This document shows positions 34,168 to 46,100 of a DNA stretch of 64,000 bases, one piece after another. Under the pieces are notes generated by a model. The model did no database searches. It was given only the letters and a program-made list of their open reading frames with translations, and was not told where the DNA came from. Source of the DNA: Tubiluchus corallicola (Eukaryota; Animalia; Priapulida). The position numbers were made by a program, and so were the translations under genes. The first letter of the stretch is position 1, and the number at the start of each line of letters is the position of its first letter. The stretch spans positions 124,001-188,000 of the forward strand of contig JAQGDQ010000179.1 in NCBI GenBank assembly GCA_030141605.1. The letters run 5' to 3'.

Positions 34168-37100
34168 ATGAAATATTATATCAGTATTTTGGCGCTTATA
34201 TTTTACATTTCTTGGTGCTACTCAGCAGAGGAACTTGAGCTTATTCAGGTGGAGATTCCGCAGGGAATTTTGGAAGGTTTTAACGCTATAGTATCAGACG
34301 GTAGTAAAGTTAGCGTGTTCAGGAACGTTCCGTTTGGAAATGAGCCAAAAAGATGGATGGTAATTTTTTGTTTTCTACTCAGTTTCATAGTATATGAGCA
34401 TATTTATTCAGTAAAGTTCATACAAATAAACCACTCACCACTCATTTTAATTAATCACTAGATGAGTAAACCATTTTTCTCAGTTTGGGAGTGAATATGT
34501 TCAAAATAATATTTATTACAAAGCGAAGTGCTAGCATCTCTTTTTATATGGGCAATGATATTATTTTAAGCGTTTAAGCACCACAAATGTCTAGCACAAC
34601 ATTAACTTAATAAATGTTTCACAGGCGGTAACATAAGAGAATCAATATGGTCACATAGTATGAGCTATTATTTGTTACTTTTGCAGCCACCAGAGATGGC
34701 AGACGGTTGGGATGGTGTCCGAAACGCCACTGTCCACGGTCCAGCTTGTTACCAAAACAGAGGCAGCAATAGTTCGTTTGCTCAAGTGTATTGGCAGAGT
34801 GATGACTGTCTTAACGCTAATATCTATGCTCCCGAGGTGAGACTTTTTATTACTGAAACGTGTGACACTCAATGAGTAACAAAACAAAAATTAAGACAGA
34901 GACCAACACGTCTTGTTATCTTCAAATTTTTATTTGTTTTGTTGAAGGTTCAACGCTCAAAATGATTATTTTCACACAAAATAGGAATGAATGCAAATCA
35001 ATTTATTACAATCTACATACATATAGGCTACTTGCAGAGATTAATTTTTTAATCACCCTCTTTTCCATAAATTCCCGTTAAATGTAATTTCAGTTAAGTT
35101 ATCTTGAAAATAAATTTTGCTATTCTGAGACTTACCATAGTCGTAATCGTAAAGAAGACAAACTGAAGTCTCAAAAAGTTTTATTTTTCACAGGAGCTTT
35201 CATCCTTCAGGACTTCATCAGCTGAAATGTACTAGTATGGCCTAGATCTTGAAAGACATAGATCTTGAAGGTCTCTCAGGTTAGCAGCGCAGTCTTTTCA
35301 GCTGATGATGCTCGCTAGGGGGATCATTGAGACTGTTAAGGGCATTACGTTTTTTATTTAGATAGTTGTGTTAACTTTCACGTGAATTAATGTTAAGTTT
35401 ATGAAAACGAAACAAATACGTTGGCCTTCTGAGTAAAAGAAAAGTATTTTTTACTATGTGCAGGTAGAGAGCAATAAAGGGGAGCGTTTTCCCGTCATGA
35501 TATTTTATCATGGAGGTGGTTACAAGGACGACTGGGGAGGAAACCCCTTTTATCACGGAGATGAACTGCCCCGGTATGGGGTGGTTTACGTGGCAGGAAA
35601 CTATAGGCTTGGAAGACTAGGTATGCGCAAAGATTTAAGTTATTTTATTGTATAGAGCTGTATATGTTTGAACGTATGGAATGTTTTTGAGCCAAATTGC
35701 ACGAAGAAAGTAAAGTGCCTCAAACGCCACCAAAACAAAAAGACCAAAAAATGCGTATGTGGACACAAACGGGACCAAAAAATTGTTGCGGCTCAAACAT
35801 GGAGATCTAAATCCATTTATGGCTAAGTAAGCCACAAAGGTTACAAAAACAACGTATCATAGTGTACATAAAGTAGTAACACTGTACTAACTCAGCTTTA
35901 CGTCATTAATGAATCAAATGCATCTGTAATGATAAATGCGTCATGACTACATTTAGTTACTGCCATAATTATTTCTATATCATCTATGCTATTCATAAAA
36001 ACAGACTGATCCGTTTGGTATATGTCGAAAAATGAAGGATACATGTCCAAAATCTCAGAAAATAATTGTTTTCTAGGCAAATTAGATGCAGTACATCTCA
36101 TACTAATATGAAATTATTTCTCTATCTCGTTAGTATCAATGTTTGTTTGCATAGTCTCATGTTAGCTTGTATTTTGGCTAACATATCGTCTAATTTCAGT
36201 TTGTAGCTTGTGTGCTTTAATTCTAAATTTATTATATGGAGGTCTTCCATTTTAGAAATATTCAACATTATAAGTTAATTCTAAATTCTATAGTTACTTT
36301 TAAAGACCGTAACTTGTTCATGCCATTATTTGGCCTTCATCATTATATACAGATATACATATACAAATTATATATAGATTTTATTGTTCATATAAAATCT
36401 AAACACAATTGCATGAAGAGTTATTAATGTAACATTGTTGTGATAATAGTTATTTTTAATACTTGTGTGAGTTAATTGTTATTTGTTTTGTGCCACGATA
36501 TTCCCTTATACGGGGATTTGTCTCTAGTAAACGTTTATTTCACTATTTATTAAATCTACATTATTTATTTTTTTGTAATGTAATGTATGTAATGGTGGTT
36601 CAATAAAGAAGCATATATACAGAACTGAAAAAATACTGCTCAGTGCTTGTAGAAATATTGCAGCTTTTCTGTAGTTGATTTTAATAGTTCGTTAACGTTA
36701 AATGTTCCTTCATTGTTTCAAATATTCTGAAGCCCCAACCTATAAAAGTTTCATAATACATGTGGCACAGGCATATTTACTTTCAGAGCTTCAACACAAT
36801 TAATATGCACTTCTAAGGTATAAAATCGATCCCTAAATATTTATATCTCTGACAATTCTCCAACGTGTTTATAATAGAAATTTCTGTGCTTTAAAAGTTT
36901 ACCTTTATTAAAAAAAATCACAGTTTTAGTTTTAGATAAATTAACATTCAGAACCCAAATTTCACAAAAAGCTAGGTAATTTATTTAAACAGCCTGCAAG
37001 CCTGTTTGAATTTTACAGATTAAAATTACATCGTCTTCTAGGTGCATATTGGGCCAACATATTCGTTGAGCTTTTAGCATGCTACGACGTGAAGAAAACA

Positions 37101-40100
37101 TTTTTTCTTAAAATAGGTTGATCTATACGTTTCAGTGGATTCATGTGGACATAAATTTTCCAGAAATAGTCAAATTTCCATTTTGCGGCCACTTCCCAAA
37201 TGGTTCTTTCAAAAACTTTGCAAAGTTATAATTGCCAAAAACTTTTTAAAGAAAAATGCATGTCTTACTGCACTGCAGGTTTTCGTTTCTTTTTAGGCTT
37301 CATGTCAACTGCAGATGAAGCAGCTCCAGGCAACTATGGGATGTTGGACCAGGTCTTACTGATGAGATGGGTGCAGGAAAATATCGAATATTTCAATGGT
37401 GATCCGACTCGGGTGACCATATTTGGAGAAAGCGCAGGTGGTGCCTCGGTTTCTACGCACATGCTGTCGCCAAAAGCTTCAGGTGAAATTTTTATAGCAT
37501 AACCCTTTATAATAATATGACATCGTTTATTGAGCTAAATCACAGCTAAAAACAATCATCGATTTTGAAAATCTAAGAAAAGAGGATTCACTTACAGCCG
37601 GGATGGCTCAAACGTGTGTACAAAACAGATACGAAAACATTCATCTAACCTTTTTTCATATTATTTGTTTAAAGTCACAAGTCGTAGCTGACAAAAATCA
37701 TTTAGTGAAAATATAGCTCTCATTTCAGTGTAAATTAAATTCGCTCATATTGAAAAATGAAGATTTTGATAAGCGTATGTTTGAGGCATGCTATGGCTTT
37801 TGCTGTAACTGCTGTGCTACCTGGTTGTTTAGGTCCGCCTAGCAAACTGGTCTCATTAAGCTACAGGGAGGCAACATCTGAATATGCAATTGTTTTTTAC
37901 ATAAATGAAATGTTTTCCCTGCCGCGTGGTTAATTTCACTTGAACAGGTCTTATACATTTTCATTCTTCATGATTACCTTGAAATTTATCTACTTGCGAT
38001 ATTATGTACTTGACTGACGCTTAGCTGTCATCCCTAATGCATATGCGTTATGGAGGTGCGATTTAAAATCGACTGAATTGGTTTATATTGTTTTCAATGC
38101 ACCCGTTTATCTGATCTCCTTTATCCACGTAGAACAATTTATGCTAATGGAGCTACATTGTTCATAATAAATATCGTAATGTTATCATAATCATGACAAT
38201 AACAAAAAATATAGCTGTAACGTGGTTAATTAAAAAAGTCCTTAGTCGTTCAATATACATTTATACAATCAATTTTAATAGTTTAGTAAGAAACAAGTTT
38301 TCAGCCATTTATTAAACAATCATTTTGAAGACGATCGGAACTGTGTTGAAATTTTTTACCTGTGCACATAATAAATTTCCCTCGTCACTAATGTCATTAT
38401 TATCATCAAAAAGGTTAGAAGGAAATGTCCCAAATGTCTGACAATATTTCGCATCACTAAAAATTTCAATATTTCTGTTAAAATCCTCTCAGGTTTATTC
38501 CATCGAGCTATAGGAGAGAGCGGAAGCGCCGTTTCTGTGTGGGGAGTTCAAACTGATCCTCGTAAATATGCTCTTCGTCTGGCTGAAGGTCTTGGGTGTC
38601 CTTCCAAGCCAAGCAATCTTGAAGAGACAATCGCCATGGTAGACTGTATGAAGAGTAAGCCAACGATGGAAGTTTTAAGAGCTAGTATGCATGTAGGTAT
38701 TAGATTATTTTAAATTTTGCATATTCATGTACAAAAAGTGCACATACGTCGTATTGTGCATCCCAGTTAAAATGCTTCGTTATTTTTCCTTTCAAACTGT
38801 GACTTAAACACTCCCTAACTGCAAATTGTTTTTCATTCAAATAAAAATATTTTAAAGAAAATTTGGTCGCCAGCCTGATCGTTTTGCTTTTGCAGTCTAC
38901 AAATTTAATTGCATTATAGTCTATACCATGGTACTAATAGTCTACGCAAAATGTGACAATCAGAATATTGGCGTGATGACGTGTGTAAATAATTCGAGTG
39001 AACGTAAAACAAAAAAAAACAACATAGCATATAAGCGGAATTTGCTAACAAAAAGATAATAAAATAAATTTTTTTTGCAAGAAAAGATGCGCTGAATGCA
39101 GTGGCAGTGTCTAGTGTTGAATGCAGTGTCAGTGTCTAGTGTTGAATGCAGTGGCAGTGTCTAGTGTTGAATGCAGTGGCAGTGTCTCGTGTTGAATGCA
39201 GTGGCAGTGTCTAGTGTTGAATGCAGTGGCAGTGTCTAGTGTTGAATGCAGTGGCAGTGTCTAGTGTTGAATGCAGTGGCAGTGTCTAGTGTTGAATGCA
39301 GTGGCAGTGTCTAGTGTTGAATGCAGTGGCAGTGTCCAGTGTTGAATGCAGTGGCAGTGTCCAGTGTTGAATGCAGTGGCAGTGTCTAGTGTTGAAAGCC
39401 GTTGCAGTGTCTAGTGTTGAATGCAGTGGCAGTGTCTAGTGTTGAATGCAGTGGCAGTGTCTAGTGTTGAATGCAGTGGCAGTGTCTAGTGTTGAATGCA
39501 GTGGCAGTGTCTAGTGTTGAATGCAGTGGCAGTGTCTAGTGTTGAATGCAGTGGCAGTGTCTAGTGTTGAATGCAGTGGCAGTGTCTAGTGTTGAATGCA
39601 GTGGCAGTGTTTAGTGTTGAATGCAGTGGCAGTGTCTAGTGTTGAATGCAGTTGCAGTGTCTAGTGTTGAATGCAGTGGCAGTGTCTAGTGTTGAATGCA
39701 GTGGTAGTATCTAGTGTTGAATGCAGTGGCAGTGTCTAGTGTTGAATGCAATGGCAGTGTCTAGTGTTGAATGCAGTGGCAGAGTCTAGTGTTGAATGCA
39801 GTGGCAGTGTCTAGTGTTGAATGCAGTGGCAGTGTCTAGTGTTGAATGCAATGGCAGTGTCTAGTGTTGAATGCAATGGCAGTGTCTAGTGTTGAATGCA
39901 ATGGCAGTGTCTAGTGTTGAATGCAATGGCAGTGTCTAGTGTTGAATGCAGTGGTAGTATCTAGTGTTGAATGCAATGGCAGTGTCTAGTGTTGAATGCA
40001 GTGGCAGTGTCTAGTGTTGAATGCAGTGGCAGTGTCTAGTGTTGAATGCAATGGCAGTGTCTAGTGTTGAATGCAGTGGTAGTATCTAGTGTTGAATGCA

Positions 40101-43100
40101 ATGGCAGTGTCTAGTGTTGAATGCAGTGGCAGAGTCTAGTGTTGAATGCAGTGGCAGTGTCTAGTGTTGAATGCAGTGGCAGTGTCTAGTGTTGAATGCA
40201 GTGGCAGAGTCTAGTGTTGAATGCAGTGGCAGAGTCTAGTGTTGAATGCAGTGTCTAGTGTTGAATGCAGTGGCAGTGTCCAGTGTTGAATGCAGTGGTA
40301 GTATCTAGTGTTGAATGCAGTGGCAGAGTCTAGTGTTGAATGAGGTGGCAGTGTCTAGTGTTGAATGCAGTGGCAGTGTCCAGTGTTGAATGCAGTGGCA
40401 GTGTCCAGTGTTGAATGCAGTGGCAGTGTCCAGTGTTGAATGCAGTGGCAGTGTCTAGTGTTGAATGCAGTGCGTGTCTAGTGTTGAATGCAGTGGCAGT
40501 GTTGTGTTGAATGCAGTGGCAGTGTCTAGTGTTGAATGCAGTATCTAGTGTTGAATGCAGTGGCAGTGTCAGTGTTGAATGCAGTGCAGTGTCGGCAGTG
40601 TTAGTGTTGAATGCAGTGGCAGTGTCTAGTGTTGAATGCAGTGGCAGTGTCTAGTGTTGAATGCAGTGGCAGTGTCTAGTGTTGAATGCAGTGGCAGTGT
40701 CTAGTGTTGAATGCAGTGGCAGTGTCTAGTGTTGAATGCAGTGGCAGTGTCTAGTGTTGAATGCAGTGGCAGTGTCTAGTGTTGAATGCAGTGGCAGTGT
40801 CTAGTGTTGAATGTGCAGTGGCAGTGTCTAGTGTTGAAGCGTTGTGTTGGTCAGTGTTATGCAGTGGCAGTGTCTAGTGTTGAAGCAGTGGCAGTGTCTA
40901 GTGTTGAATGCAGTGGCAGAGTCTAGTGTTGAATGCAGTGGCAGTGTCTAGTGTTGAAGCAGTGGCAGTGTCTAGTGTTGAATGGTGGCAGTGTTAGTGT
41001 TGAATGCAGTGGCAGTGTCTAGTGTTGAATGCAGTGGCAGAGTCTAGTGTTGAATGCAGTGGCAGTGTCTAGTGTTGAATGCAGTGGCAGTGTCTCGTGT
41101 TGAATGCAGTGGCAGTGTCTAGTGTTGAATGCAGTGTCTAGTGTTGAATGCAGTTGCAGTGTCCAGTGTTGAATGCAGTGGCAGTGTCTAGTGTTGAATG
41201 CAGTGGCAGTGACTAGTGTTGAATGCAGTGGCAGTGTCTCGTGTTGAATGCAGTGGCAGTGTCTAGTGTTGAATGCAGTGGCAGTGTCTAGTGTTGAATG
41301 CAGTGGCAGTGTCCAGTGTTGAATGCAGTTGCAGTGTCCAGTGTTGAATGCAGTGGCAGTGTTTAGTGTTGAATGCAGTGGCAGTGTCTAGTGTTGAATG
41401 CAGTGGCAGTGTCTAGTGTTGAATGCAGTGGCAGTGTCTAGTGTTGAATGCAGTGGCAGTGTCTAGTGTTGAATGCAGTGGCAGTGTCTAGTGTTGAATG
41501 CAGTGGCAGTGTCTAGTGTTGAATGCAGTTGCAGTGTCCAGTGTTGAATGCAGTGGCAGTGTCTAGTGTTGAATGCAGTGGCAGTGACTAGTGTTGAATG
41601 CAGTGGCAGTGTCTCGTGTTGAATGCAGTGGCAGTGTCTAGTGTTGAATGCAGTGGCAGTGTCTAGTGTTGAATGCAGTGGCAGTGTCTAGTGTTGAATG
41701 CAGTGGCAGTGTCTAGTGTTGAATGCAGTGGCAGTGTTTAGTGTTTGCTGGATTAACTGCTGTCTACCTGTATTGACAGCAGATTTCTTTAAATTAGAAT
41801 CTTTCATGTTAAATGTCGCAACAAACTTATTGGGCTTTCGGTGATGATGACGATGATGACAACGACGACAATGATGATGATGATGATGATGATGATGATA
41901 ATGATGATGATGATGATAATGATCTTTATTTAAAGTCGGTTTTTAGGGTGAACAATTAACGAAAGTTTCAAAGAGCTTTTGGGCCGACTGTAAATAACAA
42001 TATACTACTACATAATAGAGACTATTATTACCCCACTTTTACCCTAAATACCACGCGCCAGGTAGGGCAACAGCAGGTGCTATTTTTGAAGTCTTTGGTA
42101 TGACCCGGTCGCTGTATTAAACTCACGACCTCCCAGACGGAGAGCGGACGTGTTACCACTAGACTAAATCGTCTGGTCATCACATGATTATGATGATGAT
42201 GATGATGTGATGTAATCAAATTACCTAACAGTAAATCAAGTATGGATTTTTAGTTATTGAACTGCTACATCGAATTCTGGTTGGCCAGTAATTTTTCAAC
42301 ACCCTCCTCTTTCAATTAATCAGCCTTTAGATTATTTCATGATTTCATTTAAACCGTTATGTTTATTAATTCTGGCTTCAGTGTCTAAAAGTCTAAGATT
42401 AAAATTGGCTTTGTTTCATTTATTTCTATAACTACCACATATAGTCTACATACACAGACGATGCGTGTTTGCAAATATTTTATTAGAGTTTTCTGCATAC
42501 CTTTCTTCTCAGACTGGCGACTCTGCTGAAGCCTTCACTCCCTGCCTCGATGGCTTCCTAGGAGAGGACAGCTACTTGCCAGATTTCCCGAGAAACCTAT
42601 ACAATTCAGGAGAATATAATCACGTGCCCTACATAGTCGGTGTGAACAAAGACGAGGGCTCTTTCTTAATGAGTAAGTTTGCGTCGTGTTAATTGTTGCG
42701 AGATTCAAGTGTAAAAGTTAAAGAAACTGTAGTCAGAAAAAAATTAATAAGCTAACCGAGGCGATAAAAAACGTCTTGCTTATATTCCCATGTGAATCTG
42801 ATCTTCATTTTCATCATATCTCCTTCCTTGCCCTTTCTGTCACCATAGTATTTCATTCTCCTTATTTATTTTATTTCACACATTCTACATCTTATCTTTC
42901 CATTCTGCCTTCTGCTTACGCCTATACAAGCTTATCTTGTAAAATTTTGAATTTTGTCTTGTTTGTTATAAGAAAAATGTATATTGTAACGTATGTAACA
43001 AGATACATACAGGTATGCATTTGGGTGCTATTAATGACCAATAATGAGAAATAATGAGTAGTGGCCAAACTAAGTCACCGGTACCTATCTTATCAATTAT

Positions 43101-46100
43101 TTGTTTGCGGCAAGATGCTGATGATACGTTATAGCCCCGTATCGCCGTTCATGGGACACGCACTCAGACGGGATGAAATTTACCTAGTATAGATAATTAA
43201 CACACTTTGGATGAATATAGATGACAAATATAACAAAACATTAAGATTATCCAAATTTGGTGCATGTGACAGGGGTGCAGATGACGTCATCACTGCTCTT
43301 GGTATGCAACTTAGACCCAAACTTTTTGTAGTAAATGGCTGATTTCCTATTACCACATTATACATTTTGTCACATCATATGGCTTCCCTTGCAAGTTATG
43401 TACAAATAATTAATTTTGTGAAATGGATTAAAAGGAAAGTGATGACGTAATTTGGCCACTTCGTGTGTTCCATAGTCATTAATCACATATCCAAATGCAA
43501 GCCAACGTAATACTTCATATTGGTCCCTAAGAGTGCCTAAGTGTCTATCCGTGAAAGTTTTGGAGTTATAAGCCTTCAAAGTGCAGGCAGGACCATTTAT
43601 TGACCTTTTAGTGTCTCGGGACAGAGGGCCAACATGCAATTTTTTTTTAAAAATGTCAAAAACGTTGTTATGGTGATATAAAGAATTATCCCCAAAAGTT
43701 TGGCAGCTGCATCCACTCAGTCCCCCTTTATTCGGCTAACAGACCATACTATAATAAATCCTTTGATACGTCTGTTTTCTTACACAAAAGTTTTTTGCTT
43801 AGTTAGGAAGTTGCCTGTTGCTAATTTAATTTTTAATTTTGTTGGAAGCACTTGTTTTAAACTACTAAGCCGGCAGATATAGAAAAAAGTAAAGTCTTGG
43901 TGCTGGTGCTGGAAAACCCTGTATACGTTTTCCAAAGCATACGTGCATAAATTCTGAACTAAAGTTGCAGAATTAAGGCAGTTTGTATTTTATTTAAGTC
44001 AGGGCTATAGTGTAAGGTAACCTTAAAACACCATATGCCTTATGATGAAAAAGTACCACTGTCAGACAAGTTTTCTTCTCGGGACCTCATTAGTGAGGTA
44101 TACAAATCTCACTAATTGTGTTAAGCAAGTTTGCAATTTCTGACTTAAAATTCATATAAAACAAACGTATGAGCTAAATAAAATATATATAAAACATTAA
44201 GACTACACATTAAAACATAAGACTAAAATTAATGTAATTACAATAAAACAGTGCAACCAACTACAAAGAAATACACGTGCAAGAGAACGCGCTATTTACA
44301 TTATTATATACAAAAAAACAATGCACACGAAATCAATTCACTAAAATAATAGCTATTTACTATAATAAAAACGCAGTGAAACCATTCAGTTAATTATGTT
44401 AATTTAAAAAAAATGCGATTTATAAAACCTGTTACAAACAATATAGTATTTTGAATCAGGGCCGGAACTAGATGTGGCAAGCAGGGGGGGCGCAAAAATT
44501 TTCAGTGGGCGAGGTATCCGAAGTGGTTAAATAATGGTTAAGCCAATTTTAACCCCTTTTATACTGCATGCAGGCCTATAATTAGCGTGTGTAGGACGGC
44601 GTAGCGGACAAAGCAATAATGAGAAAATTAACTCTCAGTTAACATAACGTTACTAATGTGCCTCTAACTAAATTGTTATTTACAGAAATTTATCACACAC
44701 AAGTTTTAAGAAAATAATACACTGAAGCTACCAAACATTCTAATTAACTAATTCTACCTAATTCTAATTCATATTGAAAATTATTACATGCGAACTGCAA
44801 TTTTCACTGCAAAAAATTATTTGTCCCATTTTGCAGGGGGGGGCGCAAATTTTGACAAGGGGCCCCCCTCGCTCCCCCCTAGTTCCGCCCCTGTTTTGAA
44901 TGTCAGACAATAATCGGTGCCCGATACTACTTGCTGCTAGAGTTAGTTGCTGCTAGAGACATCTGAGCACATGAGACGTTGGAATTTCATTTGGCAGGTA
45001 AACTACATCTCTTTACCTGTAGGTGCGTACGCAGGAATAAGCACTGGCGACATAACTTGGGAAACTTTTCGAGATACTGTTATTCCCACTATGATACGGA
45101 AGGGTGGATTTGAGGATCCCTCTGGCGCCCTCTATGATATGATGTTAATGGAATACACCCACTGGAAGGACCCCTACCGTCGAATAGGAGCTTTTGATTC
45201 TGCCAACAGAGTAAGAATCGTTAATCAATGTAAATTATTATAATTTAATATTCAAGAGTATGGAAAACAACGGTCTAAGAGAGACCTCTGCAGTTAGCTC
45301 ATTCTACCTCCTAAGCAACCATTTTTGCTAAACGAGACGCCTTGTATTTTCACCTTTTTGTTACTAATATTCGCATTGTCCAATGATCTGACGAGGTGCT
45401 ATTGTGCAGCTGCAATAAGAATTTCTGAAAAAATTGTTATGATGTCCACAAATACCCAGTGAAGTCCACACATTTATTATTAATTATTTAAATACTAAGT
45501 GATGGTTTATATTTTATTGTCTAGATGCTAAGTGACACAGTTGTTTTATAGTCTACATGCTAAGTGACACGGTTGTTTTATAGTCCAGATGCTAAGTGAC
45601 ACAGTTGTCTTCTAGTCCAGATGCTAAGTGACACAGTTATTTTATAGTCTAGATGCTAAGTGATACACTTGTCTTATTGTCTAGATGTTAAGAGATGCTT
45701 TTTAATTAACTGTTTATGTGCTAAGTAATGCTTGCTATTTTATTGCGCAGATGCTAAGTGATACTTGTTGTTTCGTTGTTTAGATTCTAAGTGATGCTTC
45801 TTATCTTATTGTTTACATGCTAAGTAAAAACATTGTTTTATTGCTTAGATGCTAAGTGATGCTGGTCACAAAGCAGCAGCAGAATTAGAAGGGAGAAGTC
45901 ACGCGAAGAATGGAATCCCTTCATGGATCTACCACCTTAACTTTGCCACAGAACGTTCGCCTGTAGGACCACGTAAGAACTTATGAGTAATGTTTTAATT
46001 GCAATTTAAAAAAGTGTGAATCTACTGTGCATATAATGATATTAAACATGATCATAGAAAGTCTATAACAGACAACTATTATGAATGTGTAGCACTTACT

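Noticed and set aside
39094-41745. CRISPR array
   Set aside because: The units are contiguous with no unique spacers, there are no cas genes, and the context is a eukaryotic intron; it is a minisatellite.
45494-45860. CRISPR-like repeat/spacer pattern
   Set aside because: The intervening parts are homologous to one another and derive from a splice acceptor.
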